A DNA stretch of 63,681 nt, the filler included, from Squatina squatina (taxonomy: Eukaryota), in NCBI GenBank assembly GCA_031763465.1. It is 3 parts of 3 records of this genome, joined end to end, with 100 filler letters (N's around TTAATTAATTAA, not from the genome) between each part and the next. Parts side by side here need not be neighbours in the genome. Positions count along the whole stretch, not along the records: positions 41,499 to 63,681 come from JARFOE010000194.1; 2 more parts are not named here. One strand, given 5' to 3'. The translations under genes were made by a program, and so were the position numbers. How positions within the stretch are numbered: position 1 is the first letter of the stretch; the number at the start of each line of letters is the position of its first letter. Shown here piece by piece: positions 47,485-61,180 of this stretch. Under the pieces are notes generated by a model, which was given only the letters and a program-made list of their open reading frames with translations, searched no databases and was not told the DNA's origin.

Positions 47485-47820
47485 TCTTACTTTTTGGGAA
47501 TGCTTTTAAAGTAATGTCCATCCTTTTTTGATTTGACATTTTTAAATATTTCTTATGCAGGTAAAACCAAGCTAGGTTTTACGATGCGTAAAAAACTTGA
47601 AGCGATCCCCAGCGAAAGTTTTGCAAAAATCCCGCAAAGCTCTTCGCTGGGGATCAGCTTCGCAACCTAAGCGTTGGATCTGTCAAGAAGACTCTTGACA
47701 GATCGCAAATGCTGGTTATGTGGGCTTACAATGAACAGCCCCATAACCGGCTTTTGTGATGTCTCCCCGGGTGCGTGGGAGCATCATACCCAACCGGGGG
47801 GATCGCAATTTCAGGGTCAA
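47485..47820. mobile_element. Right half of the MITE family seen at 21842
   Basis: Aligns by eye with 22235-22553 (gggaatgcttttaaagtaatgt..., ccta agc..gatctgtcaagaa..., ccccgggtgc) and ends in the TIR gatcgcaatttcagggtca. Confidence 0.72.
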
Positions 47821-48114
47821 TGTCATAGGAGTTCTTCACATACTGAATAAGACTCTAACACAAAAGCAAAACTCTAACTTGTGTTTGTCAATCATTATTA
47901 TTCATGCCCATCTATCAGTGCAGCATGACAGTAAAAACAATTCACATTACATCGTTAAGGCACAGACTGAATATATGACTAAAATATCCAGGTAAGTCTG
48001 TTACACAATTGCTACCTGGATAAAATGAATGGAACCCCCAAATAATCGGTTTAATTGCTTTAATTGAATGATGGACATTAAAAAGTTACAACTCTGTTGA
48101 ACCCATATTGGAAA

Positions 48115-48480
48115 ATGCAATAAAAACAGAAAATGCTGGAAAAACTCAGCAGGTTAGGTGGATAGTGTCTGTGGAGAGAGAAATAGAGTTAACCCTTCGT
48201 CAGAACTGGAAAAAGTAAAAAATGTACCAGGTTTTTAAGGAAATGCAGGGGCAGGGAAAGGGGGAGGGGACGAAAGAACAAAAGGGAAGGTCTGTGATAG
48301 GGTGGAAGGCAGAAGATACTAAGAGACATTAAGAGAAGGTGCAAGACAAAAGGATATGGTAATGGGCAAGTTGAGAAATAAAAGATGAGTCTCGATGGGG
48401 TGTAAATGGGGAATAGCAGCTGCCGTGGGGCGAGGGTCGAACAAAAGCAGAAATTAACTAAATAAATAAAAAAGAAAAGG
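48115..48480 (-). mobile_element. Penelope-like fragment, inverted relative to the 47294 copy
   Basis: aaaacagaaaatgctggaaaaactcagcagg...gagttaacccttcgtcagaactggaaaaag...agggaaggtctgtgatag. Confidence 0.65.
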
Positions 48481-51400
48481 AGCCGAGGTAATGGTTTGAT
48501 GTAATAATGTAAGGCACCTTCTACATAGCACACTAATTGAGGAATAATGTAAAGCACCTTCCATGCAGCTCACCTCTGACTATAATTATTTTTATATGTT
48601 CTCAAAAACAGACATTGATGTTACTACTCTAGTTAATGTACAATCTTGCTGATTTAATTGATTAAATATGCTTGGTGAAGTAGGGGGACTGTAGCCAAGA
48701 AATTTCTACTGGTGGTAGCAGCAGATGAATGTTTAATCTGTTTATATTTAATGAACAGGTTAACAACTCCACTCAAATAGTGGACAAAATAATGTCATGC
48801 GAGCACATTAAGGATTAGTCCACTAATGTCCTAACAGAAATATGTGACTCAGCATGACACTCAGGTCCGGTGGCCATACAGTGTACAGTTCAATCCACCT
48901 GCCTGTTTTCTGAAGATGTACTGTCATTTTCACTTAACATGAAAAGAAACAGTCATACCACAGCGCTCCCATTGGAATTTTCAAGCATAAATTATAAAAT
49001 GCTACTAAAAATGGACAGGTTAAGTATCAGCTGCCATGTTTAAGGGTGCCAGATAATAAATATCCCAGACTAAACATTTGCAAACTGTCTGCCCAGTAGG
49101 AAAGAGCTCTTCAAAACTGTCGAATTGTAGGGTTTGACCTCTTTCGGAAGTCCTACAGAGGTTTGGCTGTTAAATATTAGACCTGCGTTGGATCTTTCAG
49201 ACAAAAAGGAAGAAATACACAGCAGGTCCTTCCACATCTGTAAAAAGACAGGTTAATGTTTTGGATATAACCTTTCATCAGAACTATAGTCTAAAAGTCT
49301 TTCAGCTTGTAATTTTCAGTTCCATCTTTACAAATCGTGGTGGATCTGCGGGCGGCCAATTCGTGTTTCGGGCGTTTCTAGTGCTAAGCACCGAATTTAG
49401 CGCTGGAAATGGGACTCTTAGAAAATTTTCAGTGAANNNNNNNNNNNNNNNNNNNNNNNNNNNNNNNNNNNNNNNNNNNNNNNNNNNNNNNNNNNNNNNN
49501 NNNNNNNNNNNNNNNNNNNNNNNNNNNNNNNNNNNNGTTCATTTTTATCGCAATACTCCAGAGAGCTTTAATTTGATAAACAAAGTAAATTTTACCATAG
49601 CAACACATTCTTGGAATTAAAATATTTCCAGTTTCATTAGATGAAAGTTCATTTGTTTTTGTGAAAGTGCATGTTTGAAGCATTAGGTCTGCTAATTCAC
49701 TGCGACATAACTATGAAACATAAACAAAAAATGCTGGGAATGCACAGCAGTTTGGTAACTATCAGCAAGAGTTTTTTGGGTGGTACTCTCCATCTTTTTC
49801 TCTTCGGCACTGGTGGACTTGCTATGCATTTCAGCACTTTTTACTTCTATTTCAGATTTCCAGCAGCCATGGTTTTTATTAAAGAAATGTCCTGTATCAA
49901 ACTGATCTTAATACATATTGATTCACAGATGTCGCAGTAATATGATATTATAAGAAAGGAAAAGTGATTTTTTTTTTCAAGAACCAGAGGGGTCTTTAAG
50001 AATTCAGGCCTGGCAGATGAGAGACAACAGTTTTTTACATATTCAACTACAGATGGAGAAGAGGTCATGGTGGTGAAATGTTGGCATTCTTAGGGATGGT
50101 GAAGAAATAGCAAGGTCTAGTGGAAAAGTAAGCCCTCATTATTAAACAACTAGGAACCCATACAGTTGGCACAATAAACACAATGGCAGTGATTTCCCCT
50201 ATCTCGGTGGGTCCGATGCAGCCGGAGTCAGTTGCAGGTCCCAAGCCCACTGCTGGCTCCAGGCCGCTCTGTTGAAGTGATTTTACGATGATTCNNNNNN
50301 NNNNNNNNNNNNNNNNNNNNNNNNNNNNNNNNNNNNNNNNNNNNNNNNNNNNNNNNNNNNNNNNNNNNNNNNNNNNNNNNNNNNNNNNNNNNNNCATAGA
50401 TAGTCTGGGTCTAATGTGCAGTTGTGATATTTAGGGTTTGAAATTTTGTAGGGATTCTCCTGATTGTCAGCCACAATACCATCAATCCTGGGTTTCCACA
50501 GATCTTCTGCTGAACTTACAGCTAATGATCAGGTTCCTCAGGAAACCATAACCAAACAGTTTGAACAATTGATCTATCCCAGTAGCGACGCTTGCTACAA
50601 CAATGACATTTCTGTAGAAGTGAACAAAATGTTTGCCTTGCCACATCAATTATGTCCAACTTTCAACTGTGGCAGAGTAAAAGCTTTGAATCCATCATGC
50701 TGCCATATATCTGACCCTGCTGTATATTGCCAACCAGGTCACAAACCACAGTGACTATCAACCTGCGATATGCATCGTCAGCATTGTCTGCCCTGCATTG
50801 ACTGACAATAACACATTACAAATGTCACCATCTATCGAGAAACTAATGTTGATTCACTGTCTGCAACATCGGCCAGACAATTATTATGGTATTGTGAAAT
50901 TGCCACTCAACAACCCTGGCTAACACTGGCTAACAACATCTTCTTTAACAACCCGACCAGGATGGAGGTATCCAAAAAGGGAGTGTTTATAGGGTACATC
51001 AACAATTAAAGAGAGTCAGATACACTAATCAGATTGATTCTGAAAGCCACCTGATCATCATTACACAGAAGAGAAGTGCCTGGTATCATTTTGTTTCTGA
51101 GTCCACTATAGCCATATCGGTCGTGTGAATTGATTGATTGTTCTCTATTATAACTCATCCAGTTCTCAATCAGCCTTTTTGAAGATATAGTGGGGCAGCG
51201 ATCAGCTCCAGTTGGGGGGTGAAGCAGAAGGAAGGAGGAAGAGAACAACAAATTGAAGTAATCCCTTTCTATGGAGTTGTGCCTCCTTGCTGCTGATTAT
51301 ACCGTGGTATTGACAATGAGCAGTACCAAATCTCTACCCAAACCATGCTGCAACCCTGGCTGAATCAGGTAGCTCAGTGCACGCAGCAGTGAAGAACCTT

Positions 51401-52904
51401 AAAAGAACAAAAGAAAGAGCTACAGCTTTCTTTGTTCTTAACATCAAAAATGTACTTGGCAAATCTGGATGCATTAGAACTCAGAATGTATGTTGACGGC
51501 TGTTATTGGAAGGAAACCATTTCAAAGCCTGTCTCCAAAAAGATACATTTGTACAGCTCTGTTTGTAACAGATGTCTTTCCCAGTGTCTGAAGAAACCTC
51601 ATTTCAACCACGCACCTATGTGTCTGATCTGAAGGGATGATCATTTGGACACTGACTGGGGATATGCAATATTTAATCACGGTACAAGGCTGCGTTTCAC
51701 TGTTTCTTTAAAAGAAAACAAAAAAAACCTGTCGAACCATGTGCCAATGAAAACTTTATTCCCAAGCACTGCTCTAATGGATTATGCAATTAATCAAAAC
51801 TTTACAAATATCAAATAGCAGTTTTATGATAGTTAAAATAATCACCGCTGGAAGTAGTGGGTAGTGGCCCATGCAGCCTGATAGTTTGGCTATTTCTTTG
51901 TCTGGATCCTTGTCTGTTAAACTTTAGGATAAGAATTAAAAGCTCAGTCAGTTACAGCTCTCCATTTAGTGTTGAAGCGTGGGGTGTGGTAGTCTCTGAA
52001 TTAAATCATATGAAAAACTGGGCAACAGGGTATGCTAGTTGAGTTCACAGTCTGTTGCAACGTGGCAATTTTTAGTCTACATTTACACAGAGGCTGTTAA
52101 TTCATCAAATATAAATGAGCTAGAAAGAGAAAGTATGGAAGAGATCTGAAATTACGGATGGATCATCTGCAGAATTGAATTCATTCTGAGGCTGAATTGA
52201 CCTGGAAAGAATTCTGATTAAGACTAGCTAAAGATATTACAAACAAAAGTTTTTATTTCTGATTTCCAGCATCTGTGGTATTTTGGTTTGGTAAAGATAT
52301 TACAATGTTGGCATCGTATAATACACTCTGATGTTTCACAATTTAAAATCAGCTGTTATAACACATGAACTGATATGAAACTGAAGTGGAACAGGTTAAT
52401 TGAGATTTATCTTGAGCTAAACTCAACTCTGTTCCTCCAACATATTAGTTGTAGTTAATTAAACTAATATAAGAAAGACAAGTTTTAAAATTGCATTCTT
52501 GAATAATAAAAATGAAGTAGGTGATCATTTGTCATCTAAGGCTTGATGACAAGAGTTGATACTGTAGTCAAGCAAAGAAATTAAGATTCGGCAAGATGCA
52601 AGGTGAACTACTGCATTGATGTTCTAATGCACTGTGCCATGGGGCCTTAGGATGGTCAATGCCCTGTTGAGTTTTCTGTCTTCATCGTGCCACGAGAAGG
52701 ATGGGTGAGTTGTTATTTTTGACAGCGGGCTGGGACCTGGGGAGCAGTGCAAGTTTATAAATTCTCAGTGCAGTACCCCAGTTGGTTGAAAGCTGTACTT
52801 TCAAAATCAGTTGCGCCCTCCCAATATGACACCACTTCATGCAACAGATTGCCTCATCCACCACTAGGGATGCACATTTAGATTTCTATTTCCAAAGGTA
52901 AAAC

Positions 52905-53030
52905 TCCAGACAGTGTAAACAGAGAGAAACTGTTCCCATTGGCAGAAGGGTCAAGAACCAGAGGGCACAGATTTAAGGTGATTGGCAGAAGAACCAAAGG
53001 CCACATGAGGAAAATCTCTTTCACGCAGCC
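52905..53030 (+). mobile_element. CR1 ORF2 fragment
   Basis: EKLFPLAEGSRTRGHRFKVIGRRTKGHMRKISF. Confidence 0.8.
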
Positions 53031-53496
53031 CCCAGCCTCATTATATTTAAATGGACAAACTGCCTATTGAGAGTGGATTAGCAGCCTGCCGTTAAACCCG
53101 GAACCAGGCGGGTTGAGATTTTACAATTTTTATATCTCGCTCGACCCTAATCCACCTGTTTTTGGGGTTAAAATTACCCCTTCAGTGCTCTTTAAAGTTG
53201 GGACAAGGAGAGAAAGGCTATACAGTAACTGAGTTTTCCCAAATGATTTCAAAACAAATAGGCCTGTGAATGTTTGAACATTTTGGGGTAGGTTTTGATA
53301 GTTAGACTATTCATACTTACTTTCACCTCGAAGCGACTGGCTGATAGAGGAGCAAGAGAATGAGAATCCTACAGGGAGTCTGAATGGATCTGGCTTGATG
53401 GAATGAAGTGGCACTTTTATCGCTCTGATCTTTATGCTCTTATTAACTCGAATGAAGCCATTATACTTGTATTGACTAACCATGAAAGAAAAAAAA

Positions 53497-53890
53497 GACT
53501 TGAATTTATAAAGCGCCTTTACAGCCAATGAAGTAATTTTGAAGTGTAGTCACTGTTGTAATGTGGGAAACGCAGCAGCCAACTTGTGCACAGCAAGCTC
53601 CCACAAACAGCAATGTGATGATGACCGGCTAATCTGTTTTTATGTTGAATGAGGGATAAATATTGGCCAGGACACCTGCTCTTCTTCGAAATACTGTCAT
53701 GGGATCTTTTACGTTCACCTGAGAAAGCAGATGGGGCCTCGGTTTAACATCTCATCGGAAAGACGGCACCTCCGACAGTGCAGCACTGCCTCAGCACTGC
53801 ACTGGAGCGTCGGCCTAGATATATGTGCACAAGTTCCTGGAGTGGGATTTGAACCCACAGCCTTCTACTCGGAGGTGAGTATGCTACCAT
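53497..53890 (-). mobile_element. Near full-length SacSINE1/DeuSINE-like tRNA-derived SINE
   Basis: Deu domain reverse complement (cctcggtttaacatctcatcggaaagacggcacctccgacagtgcagcactgcctcagcactgcac), B-box (gggatttgaaccc) and an L2-like tail (atttataaagcgccttt). Confidence 0.85.
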
Positions 53891-54060
53891 GCATTACAAA
53901 GAACAGTTGGTGCTCACTGTTGGATTAGATTTGAAGAATTGAACTTTCATACGAAGTAATGGAATTCCAGGCTATAATTAACATAAAGTTTGACTTAAAA
54001 AGACAAGTAACTCCCAGACCAGAGATTGCTGTGGCATTCTAACATTCTAGTTCCTCGAAG

Positions 54061-54159
54061 TTAAGTTGAAGATAAATCCCCAGTGCCTGATAATCTACAT
54101 CCCAGAGTACTAAAAGAGGTGGCCATGGAAATAGTGGAAGCATTGGTTGTCATCTTCCC
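54061..54159 (+). mobile_element. CR1 RT fragment
   Basis: KSPVPDNLHPRVLKEVAMEIVEALVVIF. Confidence 0.85.
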
Positions 54160-56121
54160 NNNNNNNNNNNNNNNNNNNNNNNNNNNNNNNNNNNNNNNNN
54201 NNNNNNNNNNNNNNNNNNNNNNNNNNNNNNNNNNNNNNNNNNNNNNNNNNNNNNNNNNNCGTGGATTGGTTGGCAACTTCAGAAGCTCAAAAATTAAAAT
54301 TAATTTAAACCATTGAACATAAGTTATTGATTAATTACTCAATTCCCAATCACATTATTTGGAGAATCTTTCAGAACACTCACCTCAAAAGGTTAGTGTG
54401 TTATTTCAAATAAAAATCCTTCTTAATACATTTTACTGAACTGCCACGAGAACAACTTAAGTTTGGAGTGGGCTATTGATCCTTTGTAATAAAGATAAAC
54501 ATTTCCATTCATAAAGATTTATTCAATATTCCAAGTCTAAAATTTCTCATGATAAGTTAGTCTGCATAACCTTTCTGTGATCACAATATATTTATAATTT
54601 TAGAAATGAATGGAAAAAAAGGAAGAGAATGATTACAGTCTTGAAATCAGTTTCTGTTGTCTTAGTATTTGTAACATATGCTAAACATTGAAGAACTGGG
54701 TGGCCTAGTTGATTACAATACTATTCTATCTCCTCCAGGGCCTGGCATCAAATCTAGTTCAAACTACTGATTGTTATTCTTAACAGCTGAGGTTAGAAAT
54801 ATACACACGTCGCTCATGCATGTTCTTCACCTATTAGGCTTATATTTTGCCTTATCCTGGTACTCTTTTTCAAGTAAAAACGATTCTTCTGGACCTTCTC
54901 AAGGCCCTTGTAATAGTCTTCCCTGAGTTGACCAAATTGGTGATGTCCTACGACATCTTTGGATCTGGTGCAAGCTTTTTGGACCTGTAGAGGGCCCAAA
55001 AAGTTAAACCCAATTTCCTAAAACATTGTCGGTTGAGACTTCCATAACCCATCAGTGAAACAAAACCCATGTTGTGCCATTTTGTAAAAGTTCATACTGC
55101 ACAGCTGGTTGAATGAAATATTTGACCTTTGTACTAGTTAAATAACAATTTAATTGCTTGAGAAATGTGAAAGGAGCATTGCTGCAGGTGCAGTCTTCTT
55201 TTTTCTTTCATTCTCAGTAAATGATTTGTAGGGCACAAATTCATCCAAAACAAGGTTGTGTGCATCTACTGTTCTGACTTGGGTTTGCTAAATTCTATAA
55301 TGTGATGGGAATTAACACTTCACAAAATGACAAAAATATAGCCCTATGGTTCTTAAATATGTCTTAGGCAGTTGAATTCATGAANNNNNNNNNNNNNNNN
55401 NNNNNNNNNNNNNNNNNNNNNNNNNNNNNNNNNNNNNNNNNNNNNNNNNNNNNNNNNNNNNNNNNNNNNNNNNNNNNNNNNNNNTTGTGTAATTCAACGC
55501 TTTGTGCCTGGAACTCTGCTTTGTAAAGTATGCTTTAGACAATCCTAGCTTACAGTTATGATGAAGAAAGAATACATGTAAGTATTGAGGAGGCTTCCCA
55601 CATTGGAACACATTTCCTGTAAGAGTCAGTTGGTCCTCTGGAGGGCTTAAACCATGAATGTTTAATGTCTTAGGCTTTATTGGCATACACATTCTCTTAA
55701 TTATGCCTTCTGTAGTTGTTACAATGCACATTTATCTTTTGGGAAAGAGAAGGTTGCACAGCAACCTAACTAAAGTTTTCAAACTGATGAAGCGAATTGA
55801 CTAAGTTGATCCAAGCGGTTCTTCACAGAGATGAAAAAGACAAATAACAGGAAACTGAAGCTAGGAGTAAGAAATGACTCACACTGAAGTTCCCCCCAAA
55901 GAGTGATAGAGGTGTTCAAGAGGTTGTCAGAGAGATCTGTTAAGTCATTTTATTTTATAAAAATACTGAATCCATCAATGTTCCACAGGTTGAGCTCAAA
56001 CACTTTGTAAAACATTTGGAACCGTTTAAAATGAGTTCTGGTTTTGCAATGTTTCTATCAGATTTGGTACAATCAACCCATTATTACATCACATCGCTGA
56101 ATTTACCGCTAGTGTGATGCA

Positions 56122-56480
56122 ATAGGCCACTGATTTATGTCCTTCATACAACTCACCAAGGCTTCTTTGGCAGCTCTTCCCAAACCCGTGACCACCACCA
56201 ACGAGAAGGACAAGGGCAGCAGGCGCATGGCAGCACCATCACCTCCAAGTTCCCCTTCAAGTCACACACCATCCTGACTTGGAAGTCTATTGCCGTTCCT
56301 TCATCGTCGTTGGGTCTAAATCCTGGAACTCCCTCCCTAACAGCACTGTCGGAGTACCTTCACCACACGGACTGATGCGGTTCAAGAAGGCGGCTCATCA
56401 CCACCTTCTCAAGGGCAACTAGGGATGGGCAATAAATGCTGGCCTTACCAGCGACGCCCACATCCCAGGATAAATGAAGA
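56122..56480 (+). mobile_element. CR1-clade LINE 3' end (same family as 22595)
   Basis: ...tcctggaactccctccctaacagcactgt...ttcaagaaggcggctcatcaccaccttctcaagggcaactagggatgggcaataaatgctggccttaccagcgacgcccacatccc. Confidence 0.82.
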
Positions 56481-58425
56481 AAAGAAAAAGTAGGTAACAT
56501 GTGCAGAAATAATGCTTGCAGGCTGATGAATACATACAAAATATGGAATTCTGAAAATAGTTTGCTTGAGTATTATAAGTGAAAATAGACATTTTGTTGA
56601 ATCTCCTGCATGGCACAGAAGTATTTGTTCACTATGGGGTTACCTGGCTACTCGACTGTAAGTTAAACCCATCATCCGTTTGGAAGACAGTTCTTCTGTA
56701 TGTGGTAGCAGGTTGCATGAATTTCAAGTGTTTTATAAAATCTGGCAGCGTTTAATCAAAACACGTATTGGTATGTTTTGATTGGAATGGAAGGGGCACT
56801 GAAGACTAAAAAGCCCTTGGATTTCAGGCAGCTTGTGAGCACACAAGAGCGAGCCTCTACCTTCCAACTCCAAGGTGGGTTTGAATTCCAAGGGTTGTCA
56901 GTCACCAGTCTGCCTGCCTGCCACTGCTCAGATCCACTTTAGTCAGCTCGCAGCCAAACCTCCTCTGATTACCACACTTTGGCAGGGATGCTGTGCCTTG
57001 TGAGAGGAGAGAGAGAGAGAAGGGGAAACTGACACTGTTGGCTTGCCCCGAAGAAAACACACATTCTGCCCAAAGACAGTGCAGAAGAAAGTGAATTAAG
57101 GACAGCGTTATAATTAGTGGTTCCTGGGGTAAAAATAAACTATACTCGAAAATAAAAATGTGAATTACTGTTGTGAGTACAATTTAATACAACTTATGTA
57201 TAGATTCTAATGGGTTTTGAATCCCAAATGCCTACAGCTTTCGAGCCAGAAAAACCAACATATTGTGTATATGGATCGGTGGACATGGGTTTTGAGCTTG
57301 GCTATACCCAAAAATAGGTGAAAGTATTATGACTCTATGTAAATGAAGGTAATATGTCATATATTTTGCTCCCTAGAATGACTGGAATCAATGGAAACTT
57401 GTGTGACCCTGACATCCAGCATTGCTAAGGGTGTTCAGGGGTGGGGGTGGGGGGGAATTTAAAATTTAAAATGCCTGCTACTTAAAAGTAATTAATTCAG
57501 TGCGATCAATTGATTTGAGGAACCTGGCAAGCAACATTTTGTTTTTAAATTAGGAATACTCAAAAATAACGAGCCCTTGCAATAAATATAAGCAGTTACA
57601 GGTACACAGACTGCACTGGATTTAATTAAGGAAAGGATTGCAATTGAAGGATAATAAATGCAAATGGAGTCCTTTGACTCGAGTATGTAATTGGAAAAGA
57701 AAAGCACTTCTTTATTTAGCTATTGCAGACATACAGTAGGATTCTGCTCCATCTCATTTTTCAACTATTTATAGCTTAAGATTCATAGCTTCAATTAAAG
57801 CTGCAGAAAACCTAGAGATAGAATGCAGTGGAAACTTTGCTCACATCCATGCCACTGAACCGGTTTGTCACAATTTATTAAAGATGGTTTGGATGTGGAC
57901 ACAAAGATGGAATATTTGCTAATTATACTAAATTTAGAATCATAGAAATTCATGAGGCAGATACATAGCAAATGCAGCTCAATGTACATATGGAGATGGG
58001 GTGGGGGGGGGGAAAGGAGAGATAATAAAAATATAAATGGAGTGCAGCAATATGTAAAGTTAGGGGGTGCAGATTCACAGGACTTTTATAGCAGGATTGC
58101 AATTCAAATAAAGCTCATTCTCCAACCAGTGGAAACAATTTTTCACTGTTTACCCTCCCTAAACCTCCCAGAATTTTGGAAACCTCCGTTAGATCCAACT
58201 CATAACCTTCTGTTAGTGAACAATAGCCCAAAATTGTAATGCGATAGGATGGAACTGCATCAGGCGGGTTTCAGGTATACAAGAGGGGGCTGAAGTTCCC
58301 ACCGCTACTTTCCTCTGCCATCTGCCTATTTTTCAGGGTTCGGGGCAGGGAGCCCCCAGAGAATTCACTTCCAGGGTTAGCGGTTGAGGCAGAAATATTG
58401 TTAACATTCGAGATCAGATTGGATC

Positions 58426-58524
58426 GTTGCATGCAGGAAATAGGGTTGAAGTAATAGGGGAACAGGGTGAGTAAAGTTGCATGCAGGAAATAGGGTTGAA
58501 GGAATATGAGAATACAGGGTGAGT
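58426..58524. repeat. Two-copy ~50-bp tandem duplication
   Basis: gttgcatgcaggaaatagggttgaag...acagggtgagt at 58426 and 58476. Confidence 0.9.
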
Positions 58525-59008
58525 GATTAGAACTATTTTCTTGCATGGAGGGTAAACGCCAACAGAGACTGGCCTCTTTGCGTGTTGTAACCTCGATGTA
58601 TATCTATGTCTATACGAGAAGATTTGTCTGCCCTCAATCTCACTAGTTTGTCCATTACAGTTTTTTCTACTTACGTTAATCATTTAAGTCTCTCCACCTT
58701 ACTAATCTCTATCTTGGCTGCACCTTGGTATTATATGCTCCTTCTCCACTGTGAAGACAAAAATAAGGTCCTAAGCCTTATTTGCTGCTATGCTTAGCAT
58801 GGCTCACAGGGGTTTTCTCATGTTTACCTATAGACGGCAGCTCCATGGTCCTTCCGTGTAATTACCGTAGGGTGGTATTCCTAGCCCCCATGCTAACGCT
58901 ATCCATTAATGCTAATGATGCACAATTCCTGGAACACATAGCCAATTGGCTGCTAAAACTTCTGACAGAACTGAATCCGGAATGGTGCAAACCTGCTCTG
59001 ATAAAAGA

Positions 59009-59082
59009 ATACAAACAAAAATTGCTGGAAAAACTCAGCAGGTCAGGCAGCATCTGTGGAGAGAAAAACAGAGTCAATGTTT
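59009..59082 (-). mobile_element. Penelope-like fragment truncated by a gap
   Basis: tgctggaaaaactcagcaggtcaggcagcatctgtggagagaaaaacagagtcaatgttt. Confidence 0.6.
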
Positions 59083-60828
59083 NNNNNNNNNNNNNNNNNN
59101 NNNNNNNNNNNNNNNNNNNNNNNNNNNNNNNNNNNNNNNNNNNNNNNNNNNNNNNNNNNNNNNNNNNNNNNNNNNNNNNNNNGTAAGTTGCTGGCAGGGG
59201 CCGAGCAGAGCATTTTCCCAGTCCGCTGCTGTAGTGAGCCAGTGAACATCTTTCCTCGCATCACGCACAGCCCCAGGTAAGAGTTCTGCTGCCACCAAGC
59301 AGTGCTGTTTTAAGTTGCTAAAGATGTAGTCGCCAGCTGTTAAAACTAGACCTGCCAGGGGCTTTGTTCAAAGTAATTGTTTCTGTGATTCTCATTTTGT
59401 TTTTTGTTGTTGCAATTAACTGATTTTAAAAGGTGGGTGATCTAAGAGCAGCAGGTAATCTACTTACAGTTGTGCCTTTTGCGTGCACTGGACAACCTCA
59501 CACTCAAGAAACCAAGGGGAAATAAAACTATATAGGAGCACATTCCAGTCAAACAATTAAAGAATCAATTTTTTTTTTACAACAATTACTCTTTTTCCTA
59601 AAACTATTAATTCAGCTGAGGTTCATGTGTGTCAGAATATCACAAAATCATCAGAGGCACTGATGTAGGAATGCATTAACCGATTATTGTNNNNNNNNNN
59701 NNNNNNNNNNNNNNNNNNNNNNNNNNNNNNNNNNNNNNNNNNNNNNNNNNNNNNNNNNNNNNNNNNNNNNNNNNNNNNNNNNNNNNNNNNATGATCTAAA
59801 GGGTGAGATTTTTTTTTAAAAATCCGACGCACGCCGCTCCAACAATTTCTGGGCCGATCTTTTCTACAGGGCTTTCATCCAAGTTATGGTGAGAGATCGG
59901 GAGAACCCCTACAGAAATTCTATCCCCAGCTATTTGTGTTTCAAGCTATTCAGTTCGGTCCTATCCTTTCTACAGTTTTTTTTAAAGCAAAGCATTCATT
60001 GTAGGCTGGAAGGTCAATCTGCCAATCCTGGTTAAATTGACTCCGTTCTGAAACCAAAGTAGCCAACATACAAAAAAAAAGTCTCTACTTCACTCAACTA
60101 CTTTCCATCCTAATTTATGGTAATATATCTGCTTCCTCACCATCCAAAAAAAAAGCAAAGAAGGAAACTGAAATTTAACTTGCTTTAACTGAAACATTAC
60201 TATTCGGTGCAGCAGCAAACACTGACTGAAGGGCAACTGTTAACATTGCACCGGGAGATTTCTAAAAATTGTACTTTGAGGTAGGGTTCTGCTATAATCT
60301 GTGAATTCCCTGCTGCGTAACAGTATTTTTCAGTCAGATTTGTATACCTAGATCCAGATGTTTGAGTGTCTTCTTACCGTCTGCTGTGCTGCATATTTGG
60401 ACAGGAGTGAAAGAAGGTTTGGCTTTATTTAATTGTCTCACTTACCTGGCACAGGCTCTGGCCCAGGGAAATGCAACTACTCCCACTGGGCAGTCAGTAT
60501 TTGACTTAGAGACTAACGGGTCCAGTCAGTGTGGTACCCTGCACCTTTCAATTAACCTCGTGAACCTCCTCCAACCTCCCTCCTCACCCCCCCACCTTCC
60601 TTTCTTCCTAAGTGCTTCAACAAAGGCCCTTTATGAAGGTGCAGAATTTGAAACTTCGGTGTGGTCTCCCCTCAGCTGCACTTCTTTGGGGAAAAGTCAA
60701 TTTCCTCAGGAATTTTGCGGCTAAGCCATAACATCTGCAGTGCGTGAACTCATACTTTCACCCACCAAATCATAGAGCACGGGAGCAAGGTGACAGAGTG
60801 AAATGTAGATTGGGTTTAAAGGCTTTAC

Positions 60829-61180
60829 TAAGTTTGCCAACCCTCCAGGATTGTCCTGGAGTCTACAGGAATTAAAGATTCATCTGCAGACCACTGCTTC
60901 CAGCAACCCTGGAGAAAAATTATTGGGGCCTTAAAAAATGATTTTTTTCATTTTCTTTGAATACTTTCATTTATTATTTATAAAAACATTGGAGATGGGT
61001 AAAAAGCTGTTTGTCTGACAGTCAAGAATCATTGAATTGGCTGTCAAACAGCCTGTTCATTTTCCAATTGGTGTGGGAAAGCGATGTGCCATGTGGATAG
61101 TTTTGTTGGGCAACCAATGTGGGAACATGGGGTTCATGTGATGATACATCCAGGAATATGTCCCAAAGTTGGCAACCCTA
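60829..61180. mobile_element. Non-autonomous hAT element (MITE) with 8-bp target-site duplication
   Basis: GGCTTTAC|taagtttgccaac ... gttggcaacccta|GGCTTTAC; TAGGGTTGCCA-type TIR and an exact 8-bp TSD (60821-60828, 61181-61188). Confidence 0.88.

Noticed and set aside
50500-50535. SSAELTANDQ peptide resembling the DCC/neogenin micro-exon (..DKMANDQ)
   Set aside because: It is on the wrong strand for this gene and the splice phase and donor do not fit.
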